DNA of 64,000 nucleotides from Octopus vulgaris (lineage: Eukaryota): positions 5,828,001 through 5,892,000 of the forward strand of contig OX597814.1 in NCBI GenBank assembly GCA_951406725.2, read 5' to 3'. The notes below the pieces were generated by a model. That model did no database searches and was not told the origin of the DNA. It worked only from the letters and a program-made list of their open reading frames with translations. This document shows, piece after piece, positions 54,397 to 64,000 of this stretch. The stretch's first letter is position 1. Every line of letters starts with the position of its first letter. The translations under genes were made by a program, and so were the position numbers.

Positions 54397-54704
54397 TGTT
54401 ACTTGTTTCTTTCCTAATATAGACAGAACCCAAAGGCAGCAAACTGGGAGACAAAGTGTTTGGCACCATTTCTTCTGACTCTTACATTCTGAGTTCAAAT
54501 GCTACTGGGTTCAACTTTCGGGGTTGCGGGGTGGTCAGTAGAATCAATACCAGTTGAGCATTAGCATTGATATGATCAACTTACCTCCTTCTCCTGAATT
54601 TGCTGGCCTTGTGCTAAAATTTGAAACTGATATGGACAAAACCCCACAAAATTAGTGACAGCAACCATCTTGCAGTATAAGGCTTTTGTTTTAATTTTGA
54701 AAAT

Positions 54705-54780
54705 CACCACCACCACCACCACCACCACCACCACCACCACCACCACCAGCACCACCAGCACCACCACCAGCACCACCAGC

Positions 54781-54811
<31 letters not shown>

Positions 54812-54867
54812 CCACCACCACCACCACCACCACCACCACCACCACCACCACCACCAGCACCACCAGC

Positions 54868-54898
<31 letters not shown>

Positions 54899-55023
54899 CC
54901 ACCACCACCACCACCACCACCACCACCACCACCACCACCACCACCACCACCACCACCACCACCACCACCACCACCACCACCACCACCACCACCACCACCA
55001 CCACCACCACCACCACCACCACC

Positions 55024-55054
<31 letters not shown>

Positions 55055-55123
55055 CCACCACCACCACCACCACCACCACCACCACCACCACCACCACCAC
55101 CACCACCACCACCACCACCACCA
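54705..55123. repeat. (CAC)n trinucleotide repeat with CAG interruptions
   Basis: Direct reading. Confidence 0.97.
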
Positions 55124-55499
55124 CTTAATGTCCATGTATGGCATGGGTTGAATAGTTTGACAATGCAACAGTTCAAGGACTAGGTCCTGCTCCAGTGTCT
55201 GCTTTGATTTGCCCTTCCTAACACCAGCCCCTTTACAGCAGGGTCTGGGTGCTTTTAATGACGTGGCAGCAGCAGTGTGGTTGCCATTCAGTTTGCAAGA
55301 CTAACCTCCCGTTTGAGTGAGTGGAAGCTACAGTAGAAAGGGAGGCAGATTTATGCTTTGAGAAGAGAAGGTGGGAAGGGCCTGGGTGGAGAGGAGATAA
55401 AAACATCAATAACCTTTTGATAATAGAAATAATTCTTTGAAACATGAAGACAATATTGTTATAGGAATTGTAGAACAGGTTTCCTCACTCACCCACCCT

Positions 55500-56172
55500 C
55501 ACATATATATCCACATATATACATAAAAATAAATATACACACATACACACATACATGTACATACACACATATACATACATACATACATACGCACATACAT
55601 ACATACATACATACATACATACATACGTACATACATACGCACATACATACATACATACATACATACATACATACATACACACATACATACATACACACAT
55701 ACATACATACATAATACATACATATATACATACATACTTACACACACACATACATACATACATACATACATAATACATACATACATACATACACACACAC
55801 ATACATACATACATACATACATACATACATACATAATACATACATACATACATACATACATACATACATACATACATACATACATAATACATACATACAT
55901 ACATACATACATACTTACACACATACATACATACATACATACATACATAATACATACATACATACATACATACTTACACACACACATACATACATACATA
56001 CATACATAATACATACATACATACATACACACATACATACATACATACATACATACATACATACATACACACATATACATACATACATATATACATACAT
56101 ACATACATACATACATAACATACATACACACATACACACATAGACACTTACCTACCTACCTACCTACCTACC
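55500..56172. repeat. (CATA)n compound microsatellite
   Basis: Direct reading. Confidence 0.95.
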
Positions 56173-57815
56173 TTCATATACTCACATTAATAACATTTTA
56201 ATAATCATACATTTAAGATGAGGTTAATTTGTTCAAGCGAGAAGCAGTGACACTGTATGGTTTGAATAATATCTTGGCAGATTATTGAACGGTAGCAACA
56301 TCAAAGATTCTTCTTCAGTCAGACAATCTCTGTAGTTCTGTCATGGGAAATGGTAAAATGCTCTACTCAATTTTGAAGAATCTCTTTTAGGATCTCTTGC
56401 TAAAATAAGATGAAAGAAAATTGACCAATGTAGAGACGGAATCATTTGGAATCTCTCAGATTTATAATTGGAAGTGAGAATCAGGTTTCTGCTGCTTCTA
56501 AGTTTAATCATGGCATCATCTTAGTAATTGTCCGGCAGAAGAATTGTTCAAAATGGTTTGTTTGTCATTAGGGAAGGAATGGAATTCGAGTGGATAATTA
56601 GGGAAGGGAATACTTTGCAGAACGTGTGTATGGGAATACATTGGAGTATGGTGGGGTCTGGGAATACATTTATCATCATCATCATCATCATCGTTTAACG
56701 TCCGTTTTCCATGCTAGCATGGGTTGGATGGTTCAACCGGGTCAGGGAAGCCAGGAGGCTGCACCAGGATCCAGTCTTATCTAGCAGTGTTTCTACAGCT
56801 GGATGCCCTTCCTAATGCCAACTACTCCATGAGTGTAGTGGGTGCTTTTTACGTGCACCGGCACAGGTGCCAGACGAAGCTGGCAAACGGCCACAATCGG
56901 TTGGTGCTTTTTACATGCCACCGGCACAGAAGCCAGTCAAGGCGGCACTGGCATCGGCTATGTTCGGATGGTGCTTTTTACATGCCACTGGCACAGGTGC
57001 CAGGAGAGGCTGGCAACGGCCATGATTGGTTGGTGCTTTTTATGTGCCACTGGCACAGGGATCACAACTACAATTTCCATTTGATATTTATTTTGATGTT
57101 GATGTACTTGACTCAATAGGTCTTCTCAAGCACAGCAGGTCACGTGCCACTGGCACAGAAGCCAATCAAGGCGGCGCTGGCATCGGTCACGTTTGGTAGT
57201 TGATAATCATTGTTGGGAATACAATCTACTGGAGATTCTTAGAAACATCTGTTACAGAAAATTAGCAAAAGCATGATGAAGAAAGACAAAAAATGGTTTT
57301 CTTGAGACCATTTTCTGGCTTGGTACTTTAAAAAGGAACCATCACCTAAGTTGACCTAAACGATGATGATGATGATGATAAATGTATTCCCAGACCCCAC
57401 CATACTCCAATGTGGGGAGTGTAGGTGTGGTGGAGAAGGGCTATTAGCAGGGTTAAAAAAAAACCTGTTAAAAGGACAGAAAAGTCCCAGAGAAGTGAAT
57501 GGTCCATTATATCTAGCACAAAGACAGGTGCCATCAGGTCACCTGCTCATTGCTCTGGATATCTTGCAGACTCGTTAGGATTTAGATTTTAAAGTTTGGA
57601 ATGAGTCTGCATAAGGGAAAATAGTTTCTTAAGTTCAAACCCAGTTGAAGGATATGCAAATATTTGGGGACACAGTGTGGATTATAGTAAAGTGAATGTT
57701 GGGGTTACAGGTTTAGGGATGTGAAAGTAACATTCAAAAGTAACCCTCTTTGTCTTCCTCAAATATGTCATCACATTCTGATAAGTTTTAATAAACCAAT
57801 TCTTTATTGTTTCAG

Positions 57816-57937
57816 AATTCCACTTTTAGACGATTTTGAGATAATTTACACTCGAATAGAACGTCTTGAAGTGGTGGCGCAACTTCAAGGATTTAAAAAC
57901 GTCATCTTTGGCTATTTATTTGCCATTGGAACAAATG
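57816..57937 (+). CDS. TXNDC16: TXNDC16-like exon 5
   Basis: Acceptor ttattgtttcag, donor G|GTAAGT, phase 2 to 1. Translates IPLLDDFEIIYTRIERLEVVAQLQGFKNVIFGYLFAIGTN, resembling TXNDC16 LKGKANIIFSYVRAIG. Confidence 0.9.
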
Positions 57938-58307
57938 GTAAGTTCCAACATTCTTCAAAATTAATTGAAATGAACGGAATTTGTAATTTGCAATTATTGT
58001 TCTCATATCTCAGACGTTTATCATGTTTCTCTCTAAATTATATTCTTCATCATGATGATGAAAATGATGATGATGATGACGATGATGATGATCATCATCA
58101 TTTAATGTTTGTTTTCTATGCTGGCATGGGTTCGATGGTTTGACAGATGCTAGCAAGGCCAAGAGCTGTACCTGCTCCATAGTCTGTTTCAGCACAGTTC
58201 CTACAGCTTGATGCCCTTCCTGACACCAACCACTCTACAGAGTGCACTGGATGCTTTTTTACATGGAAACACCATTTACATCATTTTATGTCTATATTAA
58301 GAAATGT

Positions 58308-58595
58308 GGAGGCGCAATGGCCCAGTGGTTAGAGCAGCGGACTCGCGGTTGTAGGATCGCGGTTTCGATTCTCAGACTTGGGCGAGCGAAAACACCTAAA
58401 AGCTCCATGAGGCTCCGGTAGGGGGTGGTGATCCCTGCTGTACTCCTTCACCACTGTTTCTCTCACTCTTTCTTCTGTTGGCCTGCTCGCTTAGCCACCG
58501 GGGTGGTGTCATTCGAAGGCTAAAACAATGCGAACGCATTGTGACCAGCGATGTGTAACAACATCTGATGGTCTGGTTGGTCATGTGATCACGTG
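58308..58595 (+). mobile_element. SINE sharing the family B head with a different 3' half
   Basis: Same tRNA head and 5' body, then an unrelated tail (GGCCTGCTCGCTTAGCC...GTGATCACGTGAT). Confidence 0.8.
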
Positions 58596-59784
58596 ATATT
58601 AAGAAATATAATTATATTACATTTATTATGCTTCCTTTTGAACTTTAGTTTTAATCTTATATCCTCCCATAACCGCTAAAATAAAACACCAGTTAATTAC
58701 TGGTATGGTTTTTTGGTGACCAATTTCTCATCACAATGGGTTTGATGTTGTTTTGAGGCAGCTTTAGCAAATACTTTCTGCTTTTGTGTCAGAGATTCAA
58801 GAGTTATGAGTGAAACTAGATGAATAGAAAAGTGTATGGAAACATGTTGAAAGGATTGTTGCAACTTTTGTAGACTTTATCCAATACCTAGTCTAACTGC
58901 ACCACCTGACACTGGGGTGCCTTTGGTAGAACCAATTCTCTTTTAAGTATTTAACCCATTAATGTTTATATTATTCGGACAAATTCTGTTGAATTATTCT
59001 TACATTATTTGGTATTTTAAGATTTTGATGATCATCATCATTTAATATCTGTTGTCCATACTGGCATGGGTTGGATGGTTTGAACAGGGCTGGTAAACTG
59101 GAAGGATGCACCAGACCCCAGCCTGATTTAGCATAGTTTCTACAGCTGGATGCCCTTCCTAATGCCAACCACTGTGAGAGTGTAATGGGTGCTTTTACAT
59201 GTCACTGGCACAGGTGCCATTTGTGTGACACCAGTATCTGTCACAACTGCGATTTTACTTGGCTTGGTGGGTGTTCTTCTCAAGTGCTGCATAATGCCAA
59301 AGGTCTCAATCATTGCCTGTGTGAGGCCCAACACTCAAAAGGAGCTTTTCATGAGCCACTGGCATCAACCAATTTACCTTTGTGAGGCCCAACATTCAAA
59401 AGGTGCCTTTTACATGCCACTGGCACCAACATCAGTCATGACAATGATTTCGCTTGGCTTGATGGGTCTTCTCAAACCCTGCATATCATCAAAGGTATCA
59501 GTCACTAGTCATTGCCTCTGGGAGGCTGAAAGTTCAAAGATCATGCTTTACCACCTTGTCCCATGTTTTCCTGATTGTTTATTCTTAGAATGATATTGTA
59601 GGGCAGGTGTGACATGCCAGATCTAGCTAGCTGGAGCATAAAACAATTAGGATATGACTGCTTTAAAGGCTAAAGATTTTAAAGCCATTCTCTGGTCCAA
59701 GGTTAATCCTATATCTCTTTACATTACTTGTTACTGCACTCTGTCACATACCATAGTTTCTGTTTCTCTCTCTTTCTCTCTCAC

Positions 59785-59945
<161 letters not shown>

Positions 59946-60391
59946 CTTACCCCTCTGCCCCCATCCTTGTTTTCCTGTCCCCACCACTCATTTCTATTCT
60001 CTTCAGCCTCTACCCACACACCTTGTCCCTAATATCTTTATCAATTTCCATCTCCCTCCAATCCCTCCAATTCTCCCTTCTAAACCATCAACAGCCATGT
60101 TGTTCCTCTTCAGCAACAAACCTCTTCTATTCTGGACCCTTTTCTTACACTTTAACCTTTCACCTCTTAACATAAAGCTGCTCCCATCTCAACTGTTGTT
60201 CCACTCATTTGAATTCTGCAAAATCTCGATTATTTTCAGGGTTGAAATCCATTAGGAATGTATTTCACTCAGAATATGGTCAAGAACAGCTCAATGCATT
60301 CTAAGACAGGCACCACCCTGCCATTCTATCTCTAATTTCCATATTTTACTTCTGTTTTTCCATTCTTTGAGTCCGTTTATTTATTTACCAG

Positions 60392-60482
60392 TCCACAGAG
60401 TACTTTTGGAACTGGCTTATATTTACAAGCAGGAAATCCAGTTTATGCTGACCACCACCCAACGAACAATTTCAGATTTGGA
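60392..60482 (+). CDS. TXNDC16: TXNDC16-like exon 6 (not in ORF track)
   Basis: Acceptor ttatttaccag, donor GA|GTAAGT, phase 1 to 2. Translates (V)HRVLLELAYIYKQEIQFMLTTTQRTISDL(E), resembling TXNDC16 [22 protein letters not shown]. Confidence 0.9.
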
Positions 60483-62252
60483 GTAAGTATTCAGTTTTGA
60501 TAATTTTATTGTAGACTGAAAACAACAGAGACTGTTGAATATTTAATGCGACCAGAAATGGTTTTGTGAACAACAATTATTGAGGCTTAGAAAGTTAGGC
60601 TCTCATCATAAACAGGCAGACGTGTATACCACAGTTTGCACAGACTGTTTCAGATACTTGTGAAGTGATAGTCACCAGTTATATCACCAGTTGATTCCAT
60701 GTCATAGGCTTTATCGACTGGCTTCTGTGCTGGTGGCACATAAAAAGCACCATCCGAACGTTGCCAGCGCCGCCATGGCTGGCTTCCATGCCGCTGGCAC
60801 GTTAAAAGCTCCAACCGATTGTGGCAGATGCCGGACCCCCCCCCTGGAACCTGTGCAGGTGGCACGTAAAAAGCACCCACTACACTCGTGGAGTGGTTGG
60901 CATTAGGAAGGGCATCCAGCCGTAGAAACTCTGCCAGATCAGACTGGAGCCTGGAGCAGCCCCTGGCTTCCCAGACCCTGGTCGAACCGTCCAACCCGTG
61001 CTAGCGCCAAAAACGGACGTTAAACGATGATGATGATGATGATGATGATATAAAAGGGCATCATTTGAGCATGATTGTTACCAACGTCGCCTGACTGGCC
61101 CCTGTGCTGTGGCACGTAAAAGGGCACCATTCGAGCGTGATCATTACCAACGTCGCCTTACTGGCACCTGTGCCGGTGGCATGTGTAAAAAGATTCGAGC
61201 GAGATCATTGCCAGTACCGCCTGACTGGCCCCCATGCTGGTGGCACGTAAAAGGCACCCACTACACTCTCGGAGTGGTTGGCATTAGGAAGGGCATCCAG
61301 CTGTAGAAACTCTGCCAGATCAGGATTGAAGCCTGGTGCAGCCATCTGGTTCGCCAGCCCTCAGTCATTCATCCAACCCATGCTAGCATGGAAAGCGGAC
61401 GTTAAACGATGATGATGATGATGATGATGATGATATAAACATGATTTAATATGTGTGTGTGTGTGTGTGTGTACATGCTAATATTAAACAGTGAGAATGA
61501 GTGCTCAACACAATATTGGTGGATAAATATGCCTTATTTGTGGATTAACAAGGCAACCAATGGTTTTGTGTAGAAAAGGTCTATACAATTATTCAAGTGG
61601 TTCACTTGGGAATGTTGGTATTCATCTCCATTTTTGGAGGGAAATATATGAGGTTACACAAGGCTATAAGAGGTTTTAAAATAGATTAGACTATCAATGA
61701 CCTGTTGGGTCACCAATAGTTCAAGTTACCTGAGAAACTACATATCTCAGGAACCCATGGACTGATTTACACGAAATTTGTTTTATTCCGTTCATATTCA
61801 CATTTCAATGGTACCTTACTTTCAGAGTATTTTCCCATTATGTGCTGGTTTGGCTATTTATAAAGATGTTCGCAGTAAAGGGCAATAGCTCCAGGTTTCA
61901 CTGCTTAAATTTGTGGAAACAAATCCCCAAAACTGCATATCTCAGTAATCCATGGTCTGGTTTACACAAAACTTGTTTCATTCTGTTTGTATTCACATTT
62001 CAGGGGTACCTTACTGTGTGAGTATTTTTCCATTATGCATCACTTTAGGTGTATTAAATTACAGACAAGCATGCACACAAGCAAGTAAGCAACCACAGTG
62101 TTTTAGTAGTATGTAGATAACAGATCAGGGAAGGTGACCTGTAAAAATATCTTGTTATCTCCCTTGCATTGGCCCTGGATTTTTGCAAGAATTTGCATTC
62201 ACCATAATTCAGCTAAATCCTCAATTATTTTATGTGAGAACATTCGTGCACA

Positions 62253-62287
<35 letters not shown>

Positions 62288-62289
<2 letters not shown>

Positions 62290-62440
62290 TCTTTTACTCT
62301 TTTTACTCTTTTACTTGTTTCAGTCATTTGACTGCGACCATGCTGGAGCACCGCCTTTAGTCGAGCAAATCGACCCCAGGACTTATTTTTGTAAGCCCAG
62401 TACTTATTCTATTGGTCTCTTTTGCCGAACCGCTAAGTGA
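62288..62440 (-). mobile_element. SINE family A, 3' fragment
   Basis: Tail and 3' half only. Confidence 0.8.
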
Positions 62441-62466
62441 ACCGCTATATATATATAGCCGAACCG

Positions 62467-62514
<48 letters not shown>

Positions 62515-63414
62515 TAGAAGGTTTGGAGATGATGTACAGGTATTATATATTAGAAGAAATGAGGTACTCAGAAATGTGGATGGTTTTATATTTACAGATA
62601 TTTATTAGCATGTTACATGTCTTTATACATCATATATGATATATTAGCGCTTTCATCCAGTCTAGTGGAGTTTTCAAATTGAACTAACTCCTGCAGGAAT
62701 TTTGACTCTTTTTATAGTATTATTGAGTGTGTAGGCGTGGGGAGAGCTCTAAGATAGTACAAGAGGGTGAGGAATGGGGAGAAAGTGCCATTTGTGTGAT
62801 ATCGGTATCTGCCATGATTGTGATTTTGCATGGTTCAGTGAGTCTTCTTCTCAAGCAAGACATAATGCCAAAGGTCTTGGTCATTGCCTCCAACACTCAA
62901 AAGGAGCTCAGCCACTTTGCGTCTGTGAAGGTGCTTTTTTTGTGTGCCACCTATATGGGTGCCAGTTATGTGACACCAGCATCAGCCATGGCTATGATTT
63001 CACTTGGCTTGCCAGGTCTTCTCAAGCACAACATATTGCCAAAGCTCTCGGTCACTGGTCACTGCCTCTGTGAGGCACTGATCACTGGTCATTGCCTCTG
63101 TGAGGCCTAAAGTTCAAGTGTCATGCTTCACCACTTTGTCTCATGTCTTCCTGGGTCTACCTCTTCCACAGGTTCCCTCCACAGTTAGAGATCGGCTCTT
63201 CTTTACACGGCCGTCCTCATCCGTACACAACACATGACCATACCAGTGCAGTCATCTCTCTTGCACACCACATCTGATGCCTCTAATGCCAAACTTTTCT
63301 TTCAAGATGCTTACACTCTGACGTCCATGCACACTGACATTGTGCATCCAGTGAAGCTTAAATACTTTATACATTTATAAAAACTTCATAATAACATTTG
63401 TTTTGTTTTTATAG

Positions 63415-63574
63415 ACAACATTCAAAAGATAACAGCACAATGATATGGTTTTTCCTGTGCAAAGACAGCTCTGATACGGAACCCTTTGGTGTTTGTCCCA
63501 CTGTCCTCTATCGTGGGAATATTTCATTCACTTCCCTTGCCTCAGCCATCAAACTCGTCAATGGACCCAAATAT
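63415..63574 (+). CDS. TXNDC16: TXNDC16-like exon 7 (gene continues beyond window)
   Basis: Acceptor ttttgtttttatag, donor TAT|GTAAGT, phase 2 to 0. Translates QHSKDNSTMIWFFLCKDSSDTEPFGVCPTVLYRGNISFTSLASAIKLVNGPKY, with a second Cys pair and two N-glycosylation sequons. Confidence 0.88.
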
Positions 63575-64000
63575 GTAAGTATGGCATGATGAATGTTTCG
63601 CAAAAGCCGTTGAAATGTCTTTTGTTATGTGACCGTAAGGGAGAAAGTGCGTTCATGTGTGTGTGTGAGTGTGTGATGAGGAGAGAGAGAGAGACAGAGA
63701 GAGAGAAGCAACAGTTTAGTTTAGTACATAACAAGTGAGTCAGTGCTTCAGATACCTCCATACTTTCTAAAATTCCCCAATACCACTCCAGACATGCCCA
63801 TCCATCCTTTCCTCTTTATATCTCTTTTAATGTTCGCTTTTTAAGCCTGTACATCTCAGCTCTCTTTGTTGTCTTTCTTCACTTATTTGGTTGGTTTCTG
63901 TTCCTTCTTCTAGACTTTTCCCTCAAGTTGTTTTGCACCTGAGCACTGTACACAATAAGTGCCTAATTAACTACTTCAGCTGTTTGGATGATTTATGGGT

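Overview
Repeat-dense, AT-rich animal genomic DNA. The SINE/LINE repertoire and microsatellite load point to a coleoid cephalopod, most likely Octopus (inference). Almost all ORFs in the track are microsatellite or transposon artefacts. The one host gene I can support is the 5' part of a TXNDC16/ERp90-like ER protein of the PDI family on the + strand. It has seven GT-AG exons (24943-25093, 40099-40190, 42302-42372, 45114-45188, 57816-57937, 60392-60482, 63415-63574) that join in matching phases into 254 stop-free codons with a signal peptide, and it continues past the window. The rest is three tRNA-derived SINE groups, RTE, CR1 and R4/Dong LINE fragments, mariner/Tc1 relics, piggyBac and Tigger MITEs, non-autonomous Helitrons, two solo LTRs, a young non-autonomous tRNA-Trp-primed LTR element and long microsatellites. 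The most notable observations are: a 777-bp near-identical inverted duplication with a circularly permuted junction; minimal hammerhead-ribozyme motifs with covarying stem II in Penelope-like fold-backs; a PHD-type C4HC3 finger inside the RTE reverse transcriptase; an LTR element with a duplicated PBS and an extra divergent half-LTR; and an inverted SINE pair closely flanking exons 2-3. All of this was read by eye with no database searches.
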